From Planctomycetota bacterium (GTDB lineage: Bacteria > Planctomycetota > UBA8742 > UBA2392), in the NCBI GenBank assembly GCA_020425605.1, contig JAGQRH010000012.1, forward strand, positions 2,653 through 66,652: a stretch of DNA of 64,000 bases, written 5' to 3'. The stretch's first letter is position 1. Every line of letters begins with the position of its first letter. Shown here piece by piece: positions 37,816-45,877 of this stretch. The notes beneath the pieces are model-generated. The model did no database searches and was not told the origin of the DNA. It was given only the letters and a program-made list of their open reading frames with translations. A program made the translations under genes and the position numbers.

Positions 37816-38202
37816 CTACTTCTTGCGCCGCTGGACCGCCTTGCGCAATGCGTTGAGCATCTTGGCTACTTCATCAACGACGCGCAGAACTGCCCGGGTT
37901 TCCGATTCGCCGCTAAAGCCTTGCCTGACGCCAATCAAGAGCTGAGTCTTCACTTCCATCAGCGAACCATAGGCGATCGAGAGGAAGCGCACGAAGTCGC
38001 CATCTTGCTTCCGACCGTGACCTTCCGCGATGTTGGAGGGTACGGATACTGCGGCGCGCCGGACCTGGTTCGTCAGCCCAAACACTTCTGCCTTCGGCCA
38101 GTTGCGAGTGTGCTTGTAGACGCCGTCCACTAGCTCCATCGCACGATGCCAAACGAGCAACTCCTCCAGTGACCCTTTCTCAGGCAACGATTCCATCGGC
38201 AT
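37816..38202 (-). CDS. Four-helix-bundle protein (23S rRNA intervening-sequence protein family)
   Basis: ..NQVRRAAVSVPSNIAEGHGRKQDGDFVRFLSIAYGSLMEVKTQL.. is the signature core of this family. Confidence 0.7.
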   Translation of the reverse strand: MPMESLPEKGSLEELLVWHRAMELVDGVYKHTRNWPKAEVFGLTNQVRRAAVSVPSNIAEGHGRKQDGDFVRFLSIAYGSLMEVKTQLLIGVRQGFSGESETRAVLRVVDEVAKMLNALRKAVQRRKK

Positions 38203-38229
38203 TTCCCACCAACTACCAACCACCAACTT

Positions 38230-39024
38230 TCAACTGCCTTCTTCCGGCCAGTACTTTCGAAGCTCTTCGTAGCTTGGCGGGAAAGTGCCCGTGTAGCGCA
38301 GGTAGTTCGGGATCGGGTAGCGCACGCCGCCTTTGTGGGTGCCTTCCAGTCCATCTACCAGCGTTTGTGCGAACGACCACGGGAAGCTGAATGCCATCTC
38401 GTGGTCTTGTGTCTGGGCGAAGATGCGGTCGCCGTAACAGGGCAGAATCACCTGCGGCTTGCCGGTCTGCATGGTCTCGATCACTTCGTCTGCGCAGTCG
38501 GTGCGCCCGCTGAACTTTGAGTGGATGTATCCCCCACTCTCCCAGAGCGCGCCGGTCACCATACGCATCACCTGTGCCGGGTTGCCGAACACCAGCACGA
38601 CGTCCGGCTCGAAGTCGATCCGGTTCAACGGCCCGCTCACCATCGCGTAGTACTTGCCGAAGTCAAAGCAGGGCGCGGCGGCCTCGGTCTTCGCCCCGGC
38701 CGCGGCGTCTTTGGTGTACATGCCCGCGCAGCAGTGTCCCTGCACGAAGTGGTCCACCTTGGGCTGCAACCCGAACAGCGTCGCGCCGATCGGACAGGAG
38801 ATGTCCTTGCGGCTCACGGCCACCGTCCACCCGTAGTGGCGCGAGATGCTCATGCCCTGGCAGAGCGCGCTGTCCACGTGCAGGTCGCGCCCTGGGCGCT
38901 TGGCCTTTTCCGGAATCTCCTCTTCGCGCTCGACCATCTTGATCCCGAGCGGGAAGGTATTCGGCCGAATATGCTGCTCAATCGCCTGGTTCAGGCTGGA
39001 GGGGCTCACGGTTGCTGTCGTCAT
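38230..39024 (-). CDS. DUF169-like protein of unknown function
   Basis: 264 aa from MTTATVSPS; the Arg-rich 86-aa N-terminal extension in the ORF track is an out-of-frame overlap with lgt and is rejected; start could alternatively be at 38937. Confidence 0.5.
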   Translation of the reverse strand: MTTATVSPSSLNQAIEQHIRPNTFPLGIKMVEREEEIPEKAKRPGRDLHVDSALCQGMSISRHYGWTVAVSRKDISCPIGATLFGLQPKVDHFVQGHCCAGMYTKDAAAGAKTEAAAPCFDFGKYYAMVSGPLNRIDFEPDVVLVFGNPAQVMRMVTGALWESGGYIHSKFSGRTDCADEVIETMQTGKPQVILPCYGDRIFAQTQDHEMAFSFPWSFAQTLVDGLEGTHKGGVRYPIPNYLRYTGTFPPSYEELRKYWPEEGS

Positions 39025-40492
39025 CGGATTTCTCCTCGGCTGCGTCAGGCTCGGACTCCGAATCCTCGGGCACGTCGCTCTGCAGCTTCTCGTGTTTTGC
39101 GTCCCACTCTTTTTCCTTCTCGGCGAGCGCGGCGCGCACGTCGCCCAGCCCGGCAATCTCGCCGGCGCCTGTGCTGCCGCCCATGCCCTTCTCGAACGGA
39201 ACGCTGACGGGTGCGTTCTTCTTCTTGGCTTCCTTTTTCGGCGCGCCCTTTTCCTCGGCCGGCCACATTTCCTGGTCGGCAATGATCCGCCCGCGTTTGC
39301 GGAAATACAGGAACATGCTAATACCGACGCAGGCCATGATCAGTGACAACACCTGCCCCATGCTGAGACCGAAGAACACGGTGCCAAGGTGGTTGCTCTC
39401 CTGCTGGAACTGAACATCCGGCTGCCGGAAGAACTCACCGATAAAGCGCGCCAGCGGATACAGCGTAAAAAAGCCTGCCGCGATCATTCCCGCGCGCTTC
39501 ACACGCTTGCGCATCACCAGCAGGATGATGAACACAATCAGCCCTTCCAGCACCAGCTGATAAAGCTGGCTTGGGTGCCGGGCTGTCGTGACCACGTCAA
39601 ATTGGCCGTACAGAATGTGGCCGGGCTGGTTCTGCTGAACGATCTCAAAGCCGTCCTTGCCCTTCATCGCGATGTCGTAGCCCTGCAGGTAGGCATCCGG
39701 GTTCTTGAACAACACGTAGCCGCCGTGATCGATTACGCCGCCCGGGTTGGCGGCCTCCAGGCCCTTCAGCCACACCTCGGCCTGGGCTGGGTCGGCCGGT
39801 TTGGTCATCGACTCATAGAGCGAGCCGTTGGCGAAAACGACTGCGTGCCCCTTGCCACTGCGCACGGGAAAACGCATCGCCCAGGGAAGCCAGTCGGGTG
39901 CAGCGCGCCCGTACAGCTCGGCGTTCATGAAGTTTGCGAGCCGAATCCAGATGGCGCCGAATGCAGCTGCGATGCCGCCGACGTCGCCGATCTGAGCAAT
40001 CGGGATCTTTGGCCGGGCTTTCAGCCACCACAGGAACGCCATCAGCAGCACGCCGGCCGCGGCCCCATGGCTGGCCATACCGGACCAGTTCAGGAAGATG
40101 CGGCGCAGCTGGTCGGACGTATCGACCGGGCCGTACGGCGGCGCGCCGAAGTAGAAGTCCGGGTTGTAAATGAAGATGTAGGCTGCCTTGGCACCGCACA
40201 GCACGCCGATCATGGTCAGCAACAGCGCATCATACGGCACGTGCGGGCGAATCTTCAGCCAGCCCAGCTTGCGGTAGCGCGTGAAGAAGAACAACACGCC
40301 AACAAACGCGATCAAATAGCAGAGGTAGTAGAAGTCGAGCAGCACTTCACCGCCCGAGCCTTCCCACGGCTGAACCCCGCTGAAGTTCAGTACCCACTGG
40401 TCATAGATCACCAGACCGTCGCCCGACCAGCGAAGCAGCGTGGTCGTGAACCAGTCGTAGATCAGCTTCGGATGGTTGAGGACGCCAAGCAT
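38978..40492 (-). CDS. lgt: Prolipoprotein diacylglyceryl transferase (long form)
   Basis: Lgt core (..HGAAAGVLLMAFLWW.., ..ANFMNAELYGRAAP..) plus long insertion and acidic/Lys-rich C-terminal tail; 504 aa. Confidence 0.8.
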   Translation of the reverse strand: MLGVLNHPKLIYDWFTTTLLRWSGDGLVIYDQWVLNFSGVQPWEGSGGEVLLDFYYLCYLIAFVGVLFFFTRYRKLGWLKIRPHVPYDALLLTMIGVLCGAKAAYIFIYNPDFYFGAPPYGPVDTSDQLRRIFLNWSGMASHGAAAGVLLMAFLWWLKARPKIPIAQIGDVGGIAAAFGAIWIRLANFMNAELYGRAAPDWLPWAMRFPVRSGKGHAVVFANGSLYESMTKPADPAQAEVWLKGLEAANPGGVIDHGGYVLFKNPDAYLQGYDIAMKGKDGFEIVQQNQPGHILYGQFDVVTTARHPSQLYQLVLEGLIVFIILLVMRKRVKRAGMIAAGFFTLYPLARFIGEFFRQPDVQFQQESNHLGTVFFGLSMGQVLSLIMACVGISMFLYFRKRGRIIADQEMWPAEEKGAPKKEAKKKNAPVSVPFEKGMGGSTGAGEIAGLGDVRAALAEKEKEWDAKHEKLQSDVPEDSESEPDAAEEKSDDDSNREPLQPEPGD

Positions 40493-40676
40493 GTTGGCGA
40501 TTATCTAAACACGAAACGCGTCCAAGCAACACGGGTGTGTTTGTCTCGCACAGAGCCGCGGAGCGCAGTGACAAATCTGAACGCTGCTTGTTGAGCAGTA
40601 CCGGTCCCGCAGCACCACGCGGCCAACGATCGGCAACCGAGGTGCGTTCTGCGTCTCTGCGCGAGACTGCAGCTCA

Positions 40677-42707
40677 CTACCCGCGCAGCTGCCCACCGAG
40701 CTTGTCAGTGATCGCCTTGACGACGGCATCCATCTGCGCCTGGATTTCCTCGCTGGTGAGCGTCTTGTCGTCGTGCCGGAAGTACAGGCGGAAGGCCAGG
40801 CTCTTCTTGCCTGCACCGAGTTGCTTGCCGGCAAACTCATCGAACAGCTCAAGCCCTCGCAGCGTCTCATCGCCCGCCGACCGCGCCGTAGCCTCAATCT
40901 GCGCCCATGTCACTGAGTGGTCGAGCACGAAGGCCAGGTCGCGCTCGGCCGTCGGGAAGCGTGGCAGCTCAACCATGGTTGGAACCGGCAACCATGCGTC
41001 AACGATCAGGCCGAAGTCCAGCTCGGCCAGCGCACAAGTGCCCTCGACGCCGTATTCCTTGGCGGCTTTGGCCCCGGGCTCTCCGATCACGCCCAGTGGT
41101 TTGCCGCCCAGCTTGAGAGTGGCCGCGCGGCCCTCGGTGAACATGTCGTGGGCAAACGGCGAGACCTCCAGTACGGCGTTGTTGCGGAGCGCCCCCAGCA
41201 TGCTCTCGATGGCACCCTTGAGATCGAAGTAGTCGCTGCCGATCAGTCCCAGCACTTCGCGCTCGCCGGCGGACGCTCCGTCGGCGGAAGGCAGCCAGAC
41301 GTTGGCGACTTCGTACTGCCGAACCCAATCGCGCCCCTGGCGCTGGTTTACGCCAAGCGCCAGCAGCAGGCTGCTGACAAGGTTGCGTCTCAGCGACGGC
41401 AACTCGGCGTTGACCGGATTGCGCGCCTCAAGACGGACCGGCGAAATGCTGAATGCGCTGAACTCGGCGGCCGTGGTCTTGGTCGTCGTGAACGTATCCG
41501 TCAACGCTTCGCTGAATCCCATTCCCTGCAATGTCGCACGCACGAGTCGTCGCACCTTCTGGCGGCGGCTTGCCTTTGCTGTCTCCACAACCATACGCAG
41601 GTCGGAAGGAATGTTGTCGAGCCCATGGACGCGTGCGACCTCTTCCACGAGGTCGATGCTCCGCTCAAGGTCGCGGCGAAAACTCGGTATCTCAACATGC
41701 ACGGCCGCGTGTTCCGACTTGGCGACTTCCAGATCGAGCCCGCGCAGGATGGTCTCGATCTGCTTATGCGGCACGCGGATCCCCAGCATGCGTTCGACCT
41801 CGGCCTCGGTGACCGTCAGCTTGCGGGTCTGCGGCTTGAGCTCGCCGGCTTCCAGCACGCCTTCGAGAACTTCGCCGCCCGCGATCTCGGCGATCAGTTG
41901 CGCTGCGCGCTCACTCGCACGCAAGACGCCGCCCTGGTCCACGTCGCGCTCGAATCGGTAGCTGGAGTCGCTCTCCATACCAAGACGCCGCGAGGTCGCC
42001 TTGATGCCCTGCGGATTAAAGTACGCGCTTTCCAGCAGCACGTCCTTTGTCATCAGCGTAACGCCGCTCTCGAAGCCGCCCATCACGCCGCCGACGGCCT
42101 GCGGCTTGGCCGCATCGCCGATCACCAGTGTTGACTCGTCAAGCTTGATCGATGCGCCGTCCCCCACCACCGGGCGGAAAAGCTCATCCTTCGTGGCCAT
42201 CCTGACGACGATGCGCTTGTCTTTAAGCTTGTTCAGGTCGAAGGCGTGCAGCGGTTGCCCGGTCTCGAAAAGCACGAAGTTGGTGATGTCGACCACGTTG
42301 TTGATCGGCTTCAGACCGATGCCCTCGAGTCGCTTCCGCAGCCACTCGGGTGACGGCCCGACCTTGATGTCCCGGATGATCCGTGCCGAGTAGTATGGGC
42401 AGGCGGCCAGCGCGTCGGGCTCGATGGTGACACTGCTGACGTCGCTCGCCTTGGCGCCGGTCTTGAGCGCGACCTTCGGATGATTCACGACCTTGCCGGT
42501 GCAGGCCGCCAGCTCGCGCGCCAGCCCGATCACGGACAGACAGTCGGTTCGGTTGCTGGTGACTTCGAGCGTGAAGCAGACGTCGCCATCTACTTCGTCC
42601 ATCTTCTCGACTTCGGTTCCAGACAGCGTGAGCTTGTCGGCAATCTCCTGCGCCGACAGCCCGGTGTCGACGTAGCTGTCAATCCAACTGGCGGTCGCCT
42701 TCATCAT
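40677..42707 (-). CDS. pheT: Phenylalanine--tRNA ligase beta subunit (short form lacking N-terminal tRNA-binding OB domain)
   Basis: B3/B4, B5, catalytic-like and C-terminal FDX-ACB domains recognisable; 676 aa. Confidence 0.9.
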   Translation of the reverse strand: MMKATASWIDSYVDTGLSAQEIADKLTLSGTEVEKMDEVDGDVCFTLEVTSNRTDCLSVIGLARELAACTGKVVNHPKVALKTGAKASDVSSVTIEPDALAACPYYSARIIRDIKVGPSPEWLRKRLEGIGLKPINNVVDITNFVLFETGQPLHAFDLNKLKDKRIVVRMATKDELFRPVVGDGASIKLDESTLVIGDAAKPQAVGGVMGGFESGVTLMTKDVLLESAYFNPQGIKATSRRLGMESDSSYRFERDVDQGGVLRASERAAQLIAEIAGGEVLEGVLEAGELKPQTRKLTVTEAEVERMLGIRVPHKQIETILRGLDLEVAKSEHAAVHVEIPSFRRDLERSIDLVEEVARVHGLDNIPSDLRMVVETAKASRRQKVRRLVRATLQGMGFSEALTDTFTTTKTTAAEFSAFSISPVRLEARNPVNAELPSLRRNLVSSLLLALGVNQRQGRDWVRQYEVANVWLPSADGASAGEREVLGLIGSDYFDLKGAIESMLGALRNNAVLEVSPFAHDMFTEGRAATLKLGGKPLGVIGEPGAKAAKEYGVEGTCALAELDFGLIVDAWLPVPTMVELPRFPTAERDLAFVLDHSVTWAQIEATARSAGDETLRGLELFDEFAGKQLGAGKKSLAFRLYFRHDDKTLTSEEIQAQMDAVVKAITDKLGGQLRG

Positions 42708-42748
42708 GGAGGTCTTTTAGCGCTTGTGGGCGCGCTGGCAACGGGGGC

Positions 42749-43228
42749 TCACACGATCGGCGCGGCGTCGCCGTCCCAGCGAAGCTGCATCTCCCAGGTG
42801 CGCTTGAAGCCAAGCTTCTCGTACATCGCACGTCCCATCTCGGAGGCATGCAGCGCGATCAGCGGATAGCCACCGGCGGCGGCCCATTCCACGGCCGCGC
42901 GGCTTACTGCCTCGCCGTGGCCCTTGCCGCGACAATCCCGCTCGGTGAACACCGACATCAGATACGGCACGCGCCCGCCTTTGTATCCCGGCACGGGCTG
43001 GCGCTCCTTCAGCCAGATGCAGGCTGAGGCGACGGCGCGCCCATCCACCTCTGCCACAAAGCCGATCAACTGACCGTTCGCGAGTCGCTCGCGGGCCCAT
43101 GGCGCATAGTCCCGGTCGTGCTGGTCGAAGTGCTCGGCGGGATATCGGGCCATGTCTTCGAGCATGCCGCGGCGATGCCGGATCAGCATCGGCAGGTCAT
43201 CAACCGTCGCGGGGCGTACGCTAGTCAT
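42749..43228 (-). CDS. GNAT family N-acetyltransferase
   Basis: 159 aa; Q/R-x-x-G-x-G/A-like motif RGKGHGEAVSRAA and acetyltransferase fold. Confidence 0.7.
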   Translation of the reverse strand: MTSVRPATVDDLPMLIRHRRGMLEDMARYPAEHFDQHDRDYAPWARERLANGQLIGFVAEVDGRAVASACIWLKERQPVPGYKGGRVPYLMSVFTERDCRGKGHGEAVSRAAVEWAAAGGYPLIALHASEMGRAMYEKLGFKRTWEMQLRWDGDAAPIV

Positions 43229-44628
43229 GGGCCGACGGTCACGGGCTTGCCGTTGAGGACGTCGAGTGCGGCATCAAGCATGCGGTCTTCCTGATTCCAC
43301 CAGCTTGACGACTTGGCGATCTCGTCACGATTGTTGCGCGCTTGCCGGATACGCAACCGATAGCGGACCTTGTCACGCTCGCCCTCGCGGTACCGAATCT
43401 CGAGGTCGGGCATGATCCCGCCCGGCTCGCCGTCCTTGCCCTTCTGAACTTTGCGGCCAAGAGGCGTGAAGTACTGCGTGGTCGTGATGTTGACCGAGTA
43501 GTTGGGGTCGGTCTGCAGTTTGTAGATCGTCTGGACAATGCCCTTGCCGTAGCTGCGCTCGCCGATCACGAAGGCGCGTCCGGTGTCCTTCAGGGCGCCG
43601 GTGATGATCTCGGCCGCGCTCGCCGTGCCGTCGTCGATCAAGACGATCACCGGCAAATCGGTGATGCTGAGGGCATCCTTGGTCTTGTAGACGTGGTCGC
43701 TGTCGCGGTTGCTCTCGCGGCTTGAGTGCGTGAAGACGATGGTCTGATCAGCCTCCTTGATCAGCCCGTCGGCAAGGTCCACGGCCGCATTGACCCGACC
43801 GCCGCCGTTACCGCGCAGGTCTATGACGAAGCCTTCGGCGCCTTTGCCTGCCAGCTCGCTGATCGCGTCCTTGAATTGCGGGTCGTAGGTATTGGCGTTG
43901 ATGTCGCTGATCTGGAGATAGCCGTAGCTGTGGCCGTCACGCTCCTCGATGTGGACGTCGTGAATGCTATAGGTGACGACGCGGCTGCGGGTGACGTCGA
44001 AGTTGAAGACCATGGCCTTGGGATCAGTGCCGGACGTCTTGTTGCCGCCGCGGTGAATCGTCAGCTTGACGATCGAGTTCTCCTCATTGCTCTTGATGCG
44101 TGCGACGCTGCTTTCGTAGGTCTGGCCGATGATGCTGATTCCGTCGACAGCAACGATCACGTCATCAACGAGTATGCCGGCCTTTTCCGCACCGCCGTCC
44201 GGCTGCAGCCCGCTGATCGCGATGCTGCCGTCGTCATTCGGGGCGATGTAGGCACCAATGCCGTAGAAGCCGCCGCCAAGGTCCTGGTCCTGGGCGCGAG
44301 CCTGTACCGGTGGAAGCACGCGGGTAAAGCGGTCACCGGTGCCCTGCGCGAGGCCAACCAGAGCGGCATCGCGCAATTCGGTCTCGTCGAGTTCGCCGTC
44401 GTAATGATCGAGCAGCTTCTGCCGGATCTCGATGTAGAGCTGCATGTCCTTTTCCACGCCGGCGGCGTCTGTCGGGCCGGGCTCTTTCTTGCCCATCGTG
44501 AACAGCGCCACCACACCGGCGATCACAATTACCGGTAGAATGGCGAACGTGGCAAAGAAGTATGTGTATCGACCCATGACCCCTGCGCGGTTGGTGGCTC
44601 GTGGCTGGTACATAACCGTAACTCGCAT
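43225..44628 (-). CDS. Carboxyl-terminal processing protease (S41, PDZ-containing)
   Basis: PDZ (..GILVDDVIVAVDGISI..) and S41 catalytic region (VIDLRGNGGG .. K). Confidence 0.85.
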   Translation of the reverse strand: MRVTVMYQPRATNRAGVMGRYTYFFATFAILPVIVIAGVVALFTMGKKEPGPTDAAGVEKDMQLYIEIRQKLLDHYDGELDETELRDAALVGLAQGTGDRFTRVLPPVQARAQDQDLGGGFYGIGAYIAPNDDGSIAISGLQPDGGAEKAGILVDDVIVAVDGISIIGQTYESSVARIKSNEENSIVKLTIHRGGNKTSGTDPKAMVFNFDVTRSRVVTYSIHDVHIEERDGHSYGYLQISDINANTYDPQFKDAISELAGKGAEGFVIDLRGNGGGRVNAAVDLADGLIKEADQTIVFTHSSRESNRDSDHVYKTKDALSITDLPVIVLIDDGTASAAEIITGALKDTGRAFVIGERSYGKGIVQTIYKLQTDPNYSVNITTTQYFTPLGRKVQKGKDGEPGGIMPDLEIRYREGERDKVRYRLRIRQARNNRDEIAKSSSWWNQEDRMLDAALDVLNGKPVTVGP

Positions 44629-44651
44629 GCGCTCGAGTCACCAGCCACCTG

Positions 44652-45644
44652 TCACTTCTTCTTGCTTTGCGAATCCAGGAACTTGCGCTCACTGCGGCTG
44701 AGACTGTCGATGCCCTTTGCGCTGATCTTCTCGAGGATCTTGTCCAGCTTGTCCTTGTCTGCCAGGCGCTGAATGAGTGCCTGGTCTTCTTCCCTGCGTT
44801 GCTTGTCCGCGGCCGCGAGGAACTTGCGTTCGTCGAAGGGCTTCTCGGAATAGTCGTTCAGGTAGCCGGGCTTTTCCCACGGCTGCACGTTGTGCTCGCC
44901 CTGTACGCCGCCAGCCACGCTGGGCACGCGCCCGCGCTTCTTGAGCCAGAGCATATAGCCTGCGCCGATCGCCGCGCCCCAGATCAATTGCGTCGGGCTG
45001 TTCACGGCCGGACCTCCGCCGAAAATGCCCATCAATAGCGCGATTGCAGCGAAGACGGCAACGGCCGCAAGGGTCACGTTACGAAGCGGCCAGCCGAGGA
45101 TCGATTTCTGGTTCGGCGCGATCCACACCGGCGCCATCAGGCAGGCGATCAGACCCCCACTCGGCCCCATGATCACGCTGATCTTGTCGCCCACGATCCA
45201 GGCGTCGACGAGTGAAGCCAGCAGACCCGAAAGCACGCACGCGCCTATGAACAGCGCCAGATAGCGCTTCGTACCGAACAGCTGCTCAAGCATCCGCCCA
45301 AGCATGTAGACGAACACCACATCGATGATCGCCGTGATCAGCCCCGGCGCGACCAGCCAGTGGGTGAGCAGTTTCCAGTAACCAGCCTCGAATGAGTCAC
45401 GAACCGGTATGACATTCCACGGCACCAGCACAAATATCTGGTACCCGAGGTTGGCCTTCTCGTTGCCGGTGGCGATGTCCATCCAGAACTGCTGGCCGGC
45501 GTACTCCAGGCTGTCGCTGATCACCAGCGCGGCAATGTAGCCCGCAATCAGGGCAATCATCAGGCCCTTGGTACCCGCGTGAAGCCCGCTGGAGAACTCG
45601 AACTTGGGCTTGCTCTGGAAATAATCCCGGTCGTCGTAAGCCAT
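44652..45644 (-). CDS. Rhomboid-family intramembrane protein with C-terminal coiled-coil tail (possibly catalytically inactive)
   Basis: Six TM helices; GPSGG (GxSG) present but no His in the last TM region and no HxxxN in TM2; 330 aa. Confidence 0.65.
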   Translation of the reverse strand: MAYDDRDYFQSKPKFEFSSGLHAGTKGLMIALIAGYIAALVISDSLEYAGQQFWMDIATGNEKANLGYQIFVLVPWNVIPVRDSFEAGYWKLLTHWLVAPGLITAIIDVVFVYMLGRMLEQLFGTKRYLALFIGACVLSGLLASLVDAWIVGDKISVIMGPSGGLIACLMAPVWIAPNQKSILGWPLRNVTLAAVAVFAAIALLMGIFGGGPAVNSPTQLIWGAAIGAGYMLWLKKRGRVPSVAGGVQGEHNVQPWEKPGYLNDYSEKPFDERKFLAAADKQRREEDQALIQRLADKDKLDKILEKISAKGIDSLSRSERKFLDSQSKKK

Positions 45645-45809
45645 TGGAGTATCTCAAGCAGCACGTTCAGCGGGCGCAACCCCCGGCCCAAAGGGCATCC
45701 AGCTGTTGCGAGGTGAATCACAAAAGTGGCCTATTACAAACAAGCAACAAAAGGACGTTGGGATCAGGCCAATTTATAGTAATTTAAAGCGCTGATTAAC
45801 CGGTCAGTG

Positions 45810-45825
45810 CCGATAGGAATATCGG
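45810..45825. promoter_or_regulatory. Palindrome CCGATA-GGAA-TATCGG in AT-richer divergent intergenic region
   Basis: Perfect 6-bp inverted arms with 4-bp spacer, 50 bp upstream of the FHA-GAF-HD-GYP gene; adjacent AT-rich TTTATAGTAATTTAAAGCGCTGATTAA. Confidence 0.4.
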
Positions 45826-45877
45826 GCTGAACGGGCGCGTCCAATAGCACACATCTCGATTCCGCACCGGACACCGC

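Noticed and set aside
38230-39282. 350-aa ORF with an extremely Arg/Pro-rich N-terminus
   Set aside because: The first 86 codons are an out-of-frame overlap with the lgt 3' end (high-GC artefact); the real protein starts at about 39024 or 38937.
44652-45644. Rhombosortase processing a GlyGly-CTERM-like tail of the amidase protein
   Set aside because: The rhomboid here is long, has a coiled-coil tail and appears to lack the catalytic His. The amidase tail has a GC motif more like MYXO-CTERM. No basis for a functional link.
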